From Chthoniobacteraceae bacterium (GTDB lineage: Bacteria; Verrucomicrobiota; Verrucomicrobiia; Chthoniobacterales; Chthoniobacteraceae): DNA of 20,507 bases. The notes below the pieces were generated by a model that did no database searches, was not told where the DNA came from, and worked only from the letters and a program-made list of their open reading frames with translations. Each line of letters begins with the position of its first letter. Position 1 is the stretch's first letter. The stretch lies in NCBI GenBank assembly GCA_031409655.1, contig JANNXQ010000215.1:1-20507 (forward strand), written 5' to 3'. A program made the translations under genes and the position numbers. Below, piece by piece: positions 1-8,044 of the stretch.

Positions 1-1
1 G

Positions 2-961
2 CGGGAGGGAAACATCGTCGTCGTCTCGCCGATGGAGGACACGCCGGGCTTCCGGGCCGGGCTGTTGCCGGGAGATCAGATCGTGAAGATCGACGGCGAA
101 TCCACGGAGCGCATGGAACTCGGCGACGCGATCAATAAACTCCGCGGCGAGCCCGGCCAGAAGGTCACGCTCACCGTGCTGCGCCCGACGACGAAGGAGG
201 TGAAGGACTACACTCTGGTCCGCGAGAACATCCGCGTGACGAGCGTGAAGGAGGCGAAGATCCTGCCGCCGGACATCGGGGGCTCCTTTAAGATCGGCTA
301 CGCGCGCATCACGCAATTCAACGTGCCGACCGCGGAGGAACTGGGGAAGAAACTCGACGCGCTGGAGAAGGAAGGGATGCAGGCTTTCGTGCTCGATCTG
401 CGCTACAATCCCGGCGGTCTCCTGAACTCCGCCGTCGATGTCGCCGGACAGTTTCTCCCGCCGAAGACCCTCGTCGTCTCCACGGAAGGGCGCGCGCCAT
501 CGCAGAGCCGCTCCTATCGCTCCAGCGATAACATCAAGCAGCGGCCAAAGTATCCCGTGGCCATCCTCATCAACAACGGCAGCGCCAGCGGCTCCGAGAT
601 CGTCGCGGGCGCGCTGAAGGACTTGAACCGCGCGATCCTCGTCGGCGAGACGACCTTCGGCAAAGGCTCCGTGCAAAGTGTTATTCAGCTCCAGGACGGA
701 TCGGCGATGCGCCTGACGACGGCGAAATATTACACGCCCAGCAAGCAGGTCATCCACGAGCACGGCGTGGAGCCGAACATTCGCGCGACCCTCACCGCCG
801 AACAGGAGCGCATGCTCATGCTCCATCGCCGCGAAGACGCCGCCGAGGCCTCGGAGCGCAAGGAACTCGACAACTTCCGCGACACTCAGCTTGAGCGCGC
901 CGTGGATGCGCTGAAAGGCGTGATGATCTACACGGAGAAGACGAGCGGGGGGAGGAAGTAG
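2..961 (+). CDS. S41 family C-terminal processing peptidase (CtpA/Prc-like), 5'-truncated by window edge
   Basis: Frame is open from position 2. PDZ tail (GLLPGDQIVKIDG), LDLRYNPGG, catalytic Ser motif GSASGSEIV and Lys motif TFGKGSVQ. Confidence 0.93.
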   Translation, partial: REGNIVVVSPMEDTPGFRAGLLPGDQIVKIDGESTERMELGDAINKLRGEPGQKVTLTVLRPTTKEVKDYTLVRENIRVTSVKEAKILPPDIGGSFKIGYARITQFNVPTAEELGKKLDALEKEGMQAFVLDLRYNPGGLLNSAVDVAGQFLPPKTLVVSTEGRAPSQSRSYRSSDNIKQRPKYPVAILINNGSASGSEIVAGALKDLNRAILVGETTFGKGSVQSVIQLQDGSAMRLTTAKYYTPSKQVIHEHGVEPNIRATLTAEQERMLMLHRREDAAEASERKELDNFRDTQLERAVDALKGVMIYTEKTSGGRK

Positions 962-996
962 ATGGTGAATGGTGATCGGTGGATGGTGGATGGTGG
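962..996. repeat. Degenerate heptamer tandem tract, 5 units
   Basis: Units atggtga atggtga tcggtgg atggtgg atggtgg directly after the S41 stop codon. Confidence 0.75.
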
Positions 997-1053
997 TGCC
1001 TGCGGGACCGCTCCCTGGTTCTGAGCACGGACGGCCAGACTTTCCGCCCGGCG

Positions 1054-2055
1054 ATGTCTGCTCCGCTGCTGCTCGCGATCGAGACTTCGTGCGATGAGAC
1101 GGCGGTCGCCGTGCTGCGTGGTGAGACTTTGCTCGCGAGCGAAGTGGCGTCGCAGATCGCGCTCCATGCGCAATATGGCGGCGTCGTGCCGGAGGTCGCT
1201 TCGCGGAATCATCTGCGAATGCTGAAGCCGGTGATCGATGCGGCGCTCGCGCGGGCGGGTGTGCGGATCGAGGACGTGGAGGCTTTCGCCGCGACGAGTG
1301 GGCCAGGTCTCGCGACTTCGCTGATGATCGGGACGTGCGCGGCGAAGGGTCTCGCGGTGGCGTGCGGCAAGCCCTTCCTCGCGATCAACCACATGGAAGG
1401 ACACCTGCTCTCGCCCTTCTTCGCGACCGCGGAAGGTGTCCGCCCGGCGCTCGCGCTGATCGTCAGCGGCGGCCATACGATGCTCGTGGAAATCGAGGCG
1501 TTCGGACGTTACCGGCTGCTCGGGCAGACGCAGGACGACGCCGCGGGCGAGGCCTTTGACAAAGTGGGCAAGCTGCTCGGCCTGCCCTATCCCGGCGGGC
1601 CGAACGTGAACCGCATCGCTGCCGGAGGAAATCCGACCGCGCACGACTTTCCCCGAAGCATGCTGGACTCCGGCGATTTCAATTTCAGCTTCAGCGGGCT
1701 GAAGACCTCGGTGCGTTACCTTCTGCCGAAACTCACCACGCCGAATCTGCCGGACCTCTGCGCGTCCTTTCAGGAAGCCATCGTGGACGTGCTCGTGGAG
1801 AAATCGATCCGCGCCGCCGCGGCCGTGCGGCGTCGCGTGATCGCGCTGAGCGGCGGCGTGAGCTGCAATACACGGCTCCGCGAAAAGATGAGCGCCGCGT
1901 GCGAGCGCTGGGGTCTCGAACTGCTCATCGCCGAGCCGAGCCTCTGCACGGACAACGCCGCCATGATTGGCTACGTCGCCGCGCTCAAGCTCGCGCACGG
2001 AGAGTCCACGTCGCTCATCACCGACATCGATCCAAATCTCCGGCTCGTGAGCTGA
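1054..2055 (+). CDS. tsaD: tRNA N6-adenosine threonylcarbamoyltransferase TsaD
   Basis: IETSCDET, YGGVVPEVASR, metal-binding HMEGH, SGGHT, DDAAGEAFDK, FSFSGLK, DNAAMIG. ATG 1054 preferred over the ORF-track start, which lies in the heptamer tract. Confidence 0.97.
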   Translation: MSAPLLLAIETSCDETAVAVLRGETLLASEVASQIALHAQYGGVVPEVASRNHLRMLKPVIDAALARAGVRIEDVEAFAATSGPGLATSLMIGTCAAKGLAVACGKPFLAINHMEGHLLSPFFATAEGVRPALALIVSGGHTMLVEIEAFGRYRLLGQTQDDAAGEAFDKVGKLLGLPYPGGPNVNRIAAGGNPTAHDFPRSMLDSGDFNFSFSGLKTSVRYLLPKLTTPNLPDLCASFQEAIVDVLVEKSIRAAAAVRRRVIALSGGVSCNTRLREKMSAACERWGLELLIAEPSLCTDNAAMIGYVAALKLAHGESTSLITDIDPNLRLVS

Positions 2056-2060
2056 ACCCC

Positions 2061-2183
2061 GGGAGCGCCGCCGTCCTCGTGCGGCATCTAAAATTCTGCG
2101 CGCAGCGCCCATTTCCTCCGCTCTGCCGAAGCGGGTGCGCTCCGCGCCAGGGGCACGATGCCGCACGGGACGGCGGCGCTCCC
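2061..2183. repeat. Inverted pair of REP-like elements (GGGAGCGCCGCCGTCCCGTGCGGCATC type)
   Basis: 2061-2088 gggagcgccgccgtcctcgtgcggcatc and 2157-2183 gatgccgcacgggacggcggcgctccc are reverse complements apart from a 1-nt indel. They lie between the convergent tsaD and DUF58 genes. Confidence 0.85.
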
Positions 2184-2187
2184 AGCC

Positions 2188-3159
2188 TCACACCTTCCCG
2201 CGAAATCCCAGATACGCCTCGATCGCGTCCAGATACGGCCGGCGCGTGTCGATGAGCCGGTGCTGGATCTGTCGCTGATCCGCCGCCTGCGCCAGCGCGG
2301 CGATCGAGTGCTGCATCTTCGCGCGATAGTTTTCGCGGATGTCCTCGGGGTCCACCTGCACCTGTTCGCCCGTCTCCATGTCCGTGAATTTCGCCGCACT
2401 GAAGGCCGGCAGATTCAGCTCATCGGGATCGGTGACGTGCAGCAGCAGGATCTCAAATTTCCGATGCACGAACTGCGCGAGCGCGTCGAAGAGCGGCTCG
2501 GTGTCGTCCAGGAAATCCGAGAGGATCACGATGCGCCCGCGTTTCTTGAAGAGCGCGTTGCACTCGCTCACCGCCGCCGCGATGCCCGTGGTCTTAGCCG
2601 GGCGCACGCGCTCGAGTTCAGTGACGATGCGATGCAAGTGCCGCCGCGTGCCGCCCGGCGCGAGATACTGCGTCACCTTTTGCCCGAAGAGCACCAGCGC
2701 CGCCTTGTCCGCCTGCGCCATCATCAGATACGCGAGCGCCGCCGCCGTTTTTGCCGCGAGCAGAAACTTCGGCTGCCGCCCGCCGCCCGCGTAGCGCATC
2801 GAGCCGCTCGTATCCACCATCAGGTAGGCCACCATGTCTGTCTCCTCTTCAAACTGCCGCACATACAGCCGCCGCGTGCGGCCGTACACGCGCCAGTCCA
2901 GCCGCGAGACATCGTCGCCCGCCACGTATTCCTTGTAGTCGGCAAATTCCGCGGACGATCCCCGATACGGCGATTTGTGTTTGCCCGAGTAGTAGCCCTC
3001 CACCGTCGCCTTCGCGAAGACCAGCAGGTTTTCGAATCGCTCCAGCTCCTGCAGATTCAGCAGCAGCGGCGGCGGCTCCGCAGCCCGCGCGCGTTTCGGC
3101 AGCACCCGCACCGTGGACGCAGGATGGCCCGGTTTGGGCGGAAGGGGCGGCGGCTCCAT
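2188..3159 (-). CDS. DUF58 domain protein (MoxR-associated, vWA-like)
   Basis: VEGYYSGKHKSPYRGSSAEFADYKEYVAGDD..LDWRVYGRT..YVRQFEEET, VDTSGSM, ILSDF. ATG at 3159. Confidence 0.93.
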   Translation of the reverse strand: MEPPPLPPKPGHPASTVRVLPKRARAAEPPPLLLNLQELERFENLLVFAKATVEGYYSGKHKSPYRGSSAEFADYKEYVAGDDVSRLDWRVYGRTRRLYVRQFEEETDMVAYLMVDTSGSMRYAGGGRQPKFLLAAKTAAALAYLMMAQADKAALVLFGQKVTQYLAPGGTRRHLHRIVTELERVRPAKTTGIAAAVSECNALFKKRGRIVILSDFLDDTEPLFDALAQFVHRKFEILLLHVTDPDELNLPAFSAAKFTDMETGEQVQVDPEDIRENYRAKMQHSIAALAQAADQRQIQHRLIDTRRPYLDAIEAYLGFRGKV

Positions 3160-3236
3160 GCAGGCTAGCCGTAGCGGATTTCGCCTCGTGAGCAAGCTCC
3201 CGCGAGGCGCGGTAGTGGCTCAATTTGAAAGAACCC

Positions 3237-3391
3237 CTGTCATTCCGAGCGGAGCGGAGCGGAGTCGAGGAACCTCACGCTCCTGCGGGCAGCGGCGGTG
3301 CGGAGCTCGTCGAGCGGTTCGGCTCCGCGCGACCGCTGCCCACAGAAGTAAGAGGTTCCTCGACTCCGCTCCGCTCCGCTCGGAATGACAG
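3237..3391. repeat. Long palindromic element (MITE/REP-like) with perfect 40-bp terminal inverted repeats
   Basis: 3237-3276 ctgtcattccgagcggagcggagcggagtcgaggaacctc is the exact reverse complement of 3352-3391. There is an imperfect inner stem at about 3280-3306/3322-3348. Confidence 0.9.
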
Positions 3392-3474
3392 ATTTGGTTT
3401 CCCGAATCCATCGCAAGATGAAGCATTAGCTGAAGCGCGCACCTTTGCCGCGCCCGCGGTGTTCCAGTCCGACC

Positions 3475-4683
3475 ATGAAACGCTTCGTCTCCTGCCTGCT
3501 TCCCCTCCTGCTCAGTTTCGCCACACTCTCCGCGCAGTCGGCGGGTGAAAAGATCGACTTTGAAAAAGCGCGCCAGCTCAACCAGCGCAGCGAGCGTGGG
3601 GAGACGCTCAGTGCCGAGGACGCCGCCTACCTCGAGCGCGCGAAAGCCCTGCGCCAGAAGTCCGGGGCCGATGGCCCCGATATGCAGAAAGCCCGCGCAC
3701 TCCACGAACGCAAAGCGCGCGGCGAAACGCTCTCCGCCGAAGATCAGGTCTATCTCGACAAAGCCATGGCCGCCCGCGCCAAGGGCGGCGGCGCCGCGCC
3801 GAATCAGCGCAAAGCCCCCGAGCGCCTCACGCCGCTCAGCGACATGACCGCCGCGGATCGTTACGAAGGCGAAGACGGCGGCCTCTACGGAGCCGGCAGC
3901 AATGTTCCTCCCGCCGCGCATCGCCAGGCCGCCGCCGCGCAGCTCGCCCGCATCCAGCCGCTCGACGCCAGCGGAAAACCCGCCGCCGATGGCCGCATCG
4001 TTTTCGTCTCCATCAGCATGTCAAATGCGACCCAGGAATTCTCCACCTTCAAGCGCCTCGCCGACGCCTCCGCGCTGAAATCCGCAAAGGTCACCATCGT
4101 CGATTGCGCGCAAGGCGGGCAGGCCATGGCCCAGTGGGCGCCGCCCGCCGCGCGCCCGTGGCAGGAGGCAAAAGATCGCCTCGCGCGCGCCGGCGTCACC
4201 TTGCCGCAAGTGCAGGTCGCGTGGATCAAACTCGCCAACGTCGCCCCCGGCGGCTCGCTCCAGGAGCACGGCAAAAAACTCGAAGCCGACACCCTCGCCG
4301 TCCTGCAGAATGCGCGCGCCCTTTTCCCCAATCTCCGCATCGCCTACCTCGGCAGCCGCATCTGGGCTGGCAACGCCACCACCGGCCTCAACCCCGAACC
4401 CTACGCCTACGAAAGCGCCTTCGCCGCCCGCTGGCTCATCCAGCGCCAGATGAAAGGCGACCCCGCGCTCGCTTTGGAAAAATCCCCGCTGCTCCTCTGG
4501 GGCCCCTATCTCTGGGCCGAAGGCACCCGCGGTCGCAAGCTCGACACCCTCACCTGGCAACCCACCGACTTCGGCCCCGACGGCACCCACCCGAGCGACA
4601 GCGGCCGCGAAAAAGTGGCGAAGGTCCTGTTAGATTTCTGCACCACCGACCCGCTGGCGAAGGATTGGTTCGCCGCTAAGTAA
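3475..4683 (+). CDS. Secreted hypothetical protein with two N-terminal 33-aa helical repeats and a C-terminal SGNH-hydrolase-like domain
   Basis: Signal-peptide-like MKRFVSCLLPLLLSFATLSA; duplicated KAR....RGETLSAED..YL motif; SISMSN / AQGG / KLAN / DGTHPS resemble SGNH blocks I, II, III and V (inference). Confidence 0.75.
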   Translation: MKRFVSCLLPLLLSFATLSAQSAGEKIDFEKARQLNQRSERGETLSAEDAAYLERAKALRQKSGADGPDMQKARALHERKARGETLSAEDQVYLDKAMAARAKGGGAAPNQRKAPERLTPLSDMTAADRYEGEDGGLYGAGSNVPPAAHRQAAAAQLARIQPLDASGKPAADGRIVFVSISMSNATQEFSTFKRLADASALKSAKVTIVDCAQGGQAMAQWAPPAARPWQEAKDRLARAGVTLPQVQVAWIKLANVAPGGSLQEHGKKLEADTLAVLQNARALFPNLRIAYLGSRIWAGNATTGLNPEPYAYESAFAARWLIQRQMKGDPALALEKSPLLLWGPYLWAEGTRGRKLDTLTWQPTDFGPDGTHPSDSGREKVAKVLLDFCTTDPLAKDWFAAK

Positions 4684-4724
4684 GCGCGCGTGCCCGTCCG
4701 CGATCGGGCCGCGCTGGGATTTCT

Positions 4725-5273
4725 TCAAGCGCTCATCGCGATCGGGCGGCGGATCATCGCGCCCGGCCGCCGAGCATGAGGAGCGGGGGAAGACTTGGAG
4801 ACTTGGAGAGGAGGAGACTCGGGCGCGAAAATAATTGAAAAAAGTTTCCGGGAAGGCAGCTCCGGCGCGTCACCAGCTATTAGGTTACAACGATCCCGAA
4901 ACTCCGGGACGTCATAATCTGATAGCTCCTGGCGGAACCGAAGGTCCGGTGCATCACAAGCTAATAGCTCGTAAGACCTCGGAGACTCCGGCACGCCGCC
5001 AGCCATTAGGTTGTGGCGGTCCTGTAACTCCGAGTCGTGAAAACCTGTTAGCTTTTGCCGGGTCGGAAGCTCCTGGGTACTAAAACCTATCAGGTTGTGA
5101 CGAGTCTGATCCTCGGAGGTGCCACGAGCTACCAGCCTGTGACGCTCCCCACTCTCCCACCCGGCAAGAGCTACCGGATTGCGCCGCCACCGAGCCGGGG
5201 AACCGCCACGAGCCATCAGCTTGTGACGCACCGGACCTTCGGTCCCGTCAAAAGCTATCAGCTTGTGGCGCAC
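4725..5273 (-). CDS. Possible 14-aa repeat protein translated from the 42-bp array (doubtful)
   Basis: GTG-started frame is open through the whole array (RHKLIAFDGTEGPV-type repeats). It may only be a by-product of the 42-nt period. Confidence 0.2.
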   Translation of the reverse strand: MRHKLIAFDGTEGPVRHKLMARGGSPARWRRNPVALAGWESGERHRLVARGTSEDQTRHNLIGFSTQELPTRQKLTGFHDSELQDRHNLMAGGVPESPRSYELLACDAPDLRFRQELSDYDVPEFRDRCNLIAGDAPELPSRKLFSIIFAPESPPLQVSKSSPAPHARRPGAMIRRPIAMSA

Positions 5274-5279
5274 CGGAGC
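4860..5279. repeat. Tandem array of ten degenerate 42-bp units with palindromic consensus
   Basis: Units start at 4860, 4902, 4944, 4986, 5028, 5070, 5112, 5154, 5196 and 5238 with no indels. Consensus by eye: CTCCGGTGCGTCACAAGCT-ATC-AGCTTGTGACGCACCGGAG-N. Confidence 0.9.
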
Positions 5280-5482
5280 CTCGATCTGCCACCCGCCATC
5301 GCCCCGTCCCCCAGGGAAAACACCCAGCCCCGCCCAGGCGAGAGATCCCGGTCTGGCGGAGAGCGATGGGTAACGGCTTGAGGCACCTCGCAGCGGATTC
5401 GCCGCCTAGCAGAGCCTGCGCCACCTCCGCGCCGCGCCCCAGCGCTTGACGCCCGCCCGCCCCCTCGCTCTCACTTCCCCCC

Positions 5483-8044
5483 ATGCCCACCCGCCCGAAG
5501 CCCCCCACCCCCGGCGAAGATTCCCCCGGCATGGCCGAGGCGCGGAAACGCATCGAGCTGGCCCGGCGCGAGGGGAGCACGGGGCTCCGCTTGAATGGCC
5601 TGAAGCTCACTAGCGTGCCGGAGGCGGTGTGGCAGTTGAGTGCGCTGCGAGATCTTCGTCTCAACGGCAATCAACTGACGAGCGTGCCGGAGGCGCTGGG
5701 CCAGTTGAGTGCGCTGCGAGCGCTTGACCTCTCCAGCAACCAACTGACGAGCGTGCCGGAGGCGCTGGGGCAGTTGAGTGCGCTGGATTGGCTTCGTCTC
5801 GACGGCAACCGACTGACGAGCCTGCCGGAGGCGCTGGGGCAATTGAGGGCGCTGCAAGTGCTTTGGCTCATGGACAACCGCCTCGTGAGTCTGCCGGGCT
5901 CGCTGAGAGATTTGCCCAAGCTGGAGCGCTTGGGCCTGCACGGCAATCCGGCCCTGAAGCTCTCGCCCTCCGTCCTCGGGGCCGATTCGCGGGAGGTAAC
6001 CACCGGATTCGCCTCCGCGAAGTCGATCCTCGATTTCTATTTCAGCCGGCAGACCAGCCAGACGCGCCCTTTGAATGAAGTGAAGCTGATCCTCGTGGGC
6101 CGGGGCGGCGCGGGGAAGACCTCCACGGTGCGGGCCTTGCGCGGCGACCCCTTTCGCGAGGGCGAGGAGAGCACGCCGGGAATCGCGCTCTGCGACTGGG
6201 TGATGAAGGGATGCAAGGGGCAGCCGGTGACGGCGCATGTGTGGGATTTCGCCGGGCAGGTCATCACGCACGCGCTGCATCAGTTTTTCTTCAGCGTGCG
6301 CAGTGTGTATGTGGTGGTGCTCACGGGCCGGGAGAATCATGAGCGGGAGGACGCGGAATACTGGCTGCGGCTGATCCAGGCCTTTGGCACGGATGAGGAT
6401 GGCAAGGGCCCGCCGGTGCTGGTGGCGCTGAATAAGTGGGATGTAGAAGGCTGCCGCCCGCGAGTGGATCGCGGGGCGCTGCTGGAGCGGTATCCTTTCA
6501 TCCGCGGCTTTGTGGAGCTGGACTGCAAGTCGAAGAAGGGCGTGGTGAAGCTGCGGGCGGCGCTGTGCCGGGAGGTGGATCGCCTGAAGTGGGTGCGCGA
6601 TCCTTTTCCAATGGAATGGGATGCGGTGCGCCGCGCGCTGGGCGACGGACGGAAGAAGCAGGCGCATCTCACCTACCGCGAATACCGCGCGCTGTGCGCG
6701 AAGCACGGCGTGAAGGACGAGGGCGAGCAGGATTCGCTGGCGGAGATCCTGCACAATCTCGGCGCGGCGCTGAACTACCGGAATGATCCGCGTCTGCACG
6801 AGGCCACGGTGCTGCAGCCGGAGTGGCTCACGGAGAACGTGTATGCGCTGATGCGCCGCGCGGAGAAGCAGGCCGGCGTGCTAAAGCAGGCGGATGTGGA
6901 TAAGGTGCTGCGGAAGGAAAAGGACCAGGCGATGCGGGCGTATCTGGTGCGGATCATGGAGCGCTTTGAGATCGCCTATGCGCCGCGGTCGGCCGCGGCG
7001 GGGGTGTGGCTGGTGCCGCAGGCGCTGCCGGATGCGCAGCCAAAGGGCGTGGAGGTCTTCCGCGATGCAAAAGTGGCGACGCGGCTGCGCTATTCGTACG
7101 AGGCGCTGCCGGAGGGGCTGGTGGCCCGGGCGATCGTGCGGCTGCATGAATTCATCGAAGAGGCGAGGGGGAAGAAGCTGCAATGGGGCAGCGGCGCCGT
7201 GCTGACGCGCGAAGGCGCGCGGGCGCTGCTGCGCATGGAGCCGGAGAGCAAGGTGATGATCGTGGTAACGGGCCCGGCGAAAGCGCGCCAGCAACTCGCC
7301 GGACTCTGCCAGGCGGAGATGCGGGACATTCACGAGGAAATCCCCGGGCTCGATCCGCTGGAAGAGACGCAGGTGCAGGGCGCGTGGGTGGCGACGGCGA
7401 CGCTGGAGCTGGATGAACGGAACGGGCGGAAGACGGGCGTCTCGATCAAGGATCGCGGCACGGTGGACGTGGACCCCGCGGAACCGAACAACGCGTATTC
7501 GGAAAAGCCGGCGCGGAATGATGGGGTGTGGAAGCCGAGTGTCTTCATCAGCTACTCGAAGAGCAACGTGACGCAGCGGAAGCGGCTGGAATCCGAGCTG
7601 AAGATCTTGAAGAACGAGGGCCTGCTGGCCGGCGCGTGGCAGGACCGGATGATCGACCCTGGCGACAAGTGGGATGACAAGATTCAAGACGAACTGGCGA
7701 AGGCCGACGTGGTAATCGTTCTCGCGAGCGTGGCCGCGCTCTCGACGGATTACATCACCCAGCACGAAATCCCGAAGGCGCTGGAGCTGCACGAGGCGGG
7801 GGAGACGATCGTGGTGCCGGTGGTGCTGGAGGCGTGCCGCTTCGAAGAGAGCGCGCTCGGACCCCTGAACGCCCTGCCGGAAAAAGGGAAGCCGCTCACG
7901 ATGTGGAGGCCGCAGTCGAATGGCTGGAAGACGGTGGCGGACGGACTGGCGAAGGTCTTCAAGAAGGTGATGGCAAAGGAAGGCGCGGGAGCCGCGCGGC
8001 CCGAGCGCCCGGCGCGGGGCGGGGGAGCGAGAGGGCAATTGTAG
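5483..8044 (+). CDS. Roco protein: LRR - Roc GTPase - COR - TIR (TIR_2-type)
   Basis: 23-aa LRRs (LTSVPEALGQLSALxxLxLxxNQ); Roc motifs GRGGAGKTS, STPGI, WDFAGQ, NKWD; COR (LHNLGAALNY..VLQPEWL, LVPQALP, YEALPEGLVARAIVRLH); TIR VFISYS..WQDRMIDPGDKWDDKIQDELAKADVVIVLAS..STDYITQHE. Alternative start at 5531. Confidence 0.93.
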   Translation: MPTRPKPPTPGEDSPGMAEARKRIELARREGSTGLRLNGLKLTSVPEAVWQLSALRDLRLNGNQLTSVPEALGQLSALRALDLSSNQLTSVPEALGQLSALDWLRLDGNRLTSLPEALGQLRALQVLWLMDNRLVSLPGSLRDLPKLERLGLHGNPALKLSPSVLGADSREVTTGFASAKSILDFYFSRQTSQTRPLNEVKLILVGRGGAGKTSTVRALRGDPFREGEESTPGIALCDWVMKGCKGQPVTAHVWDFAGQVITHALHQFFFSVRSVYVVVLTGRENHEREDAEYWLRLIQAFGTDEDGKGPPVLVALNKWDVEGCRPRVDRGALLERYPFIRGFVELDCKSKKGVVKLRAALCREVDRLKWVRDPFPMEWDAVRRALGDGRKKQAHLTYREYRALCAKHGVKDEGEQDSLAEILHNLGAALNYRNDPRLHEATVLQPEWLTENVYALMRRAEKQAGVLKQADVDKVLRKEKDQAMRAYLVRIMERFEIAYAPRSAAAGVWLVPQALPDAQPKGVEVFRDAKVATRLRYSYEALPEGLVARAIVRLHEFIEEARGKKLQWGSGAVLTREGARALLRMEPESKVMIVVTGPAKARQQLAGLCQAEMRDIHEEIPGLDPLEETQVQGAWVATATLELDERNGRKTGVSIKDRGTVDVDPAEPNNAYSEKPARNDGVWKPSVFISYSKSNVTQRKRLESELKILKNEGLLAGAWQDRMIDPGDKWDDKIQDELAKADVVIVLASVAALSTDYITQHEIPKALELHEAGETIVVPVVLEACRFEESALGPLNALPEKGKPLTMWRPQSNGWKTVADGLAKVFKKVMAKEGAGAARPERPARGGGARGQL
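5603..5947 (+). repeat. Five 69-bp LRR-encoding tandem repeats
   Basis: Units at 5603, 5672, 5741, 5810 and 5879. The framework caactgacgagcgtgccggaggcgctggg.cagttgagtgcgctg is nearly identical in the middle units. Confidence 0.9.

Noticed and set aside
928..3168. ORFs 928-2166 (-) and 2158-3168 (+)
   Set aside because: Antisense shadows of tsaD and DUF58.
4860..5279. CRISPR array
   Set aside because: There is no alternation of constant repeat and unique spacer. Variation is spread along each unit, and no cas genes are present in the window.
4860..5279. Tandem CRP sites (TGTGA/TCACA half-sites present)
   Set aside because: Half-site spacing does not fit TGTGA-N6-TCACA.
5603..5947. Diversity-generating retroelement acting on the LRRs
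   Set aside because: No reverse transcriptase or separate template repeat is in the window, and the differences are not restricted to adenines.
5471..8038. Minus-strand ORFs 5471-6799 and 6881-8038
   Set aside because: Antisense shadows of the Roco gene. Their repeats only mirror the LRR codons.
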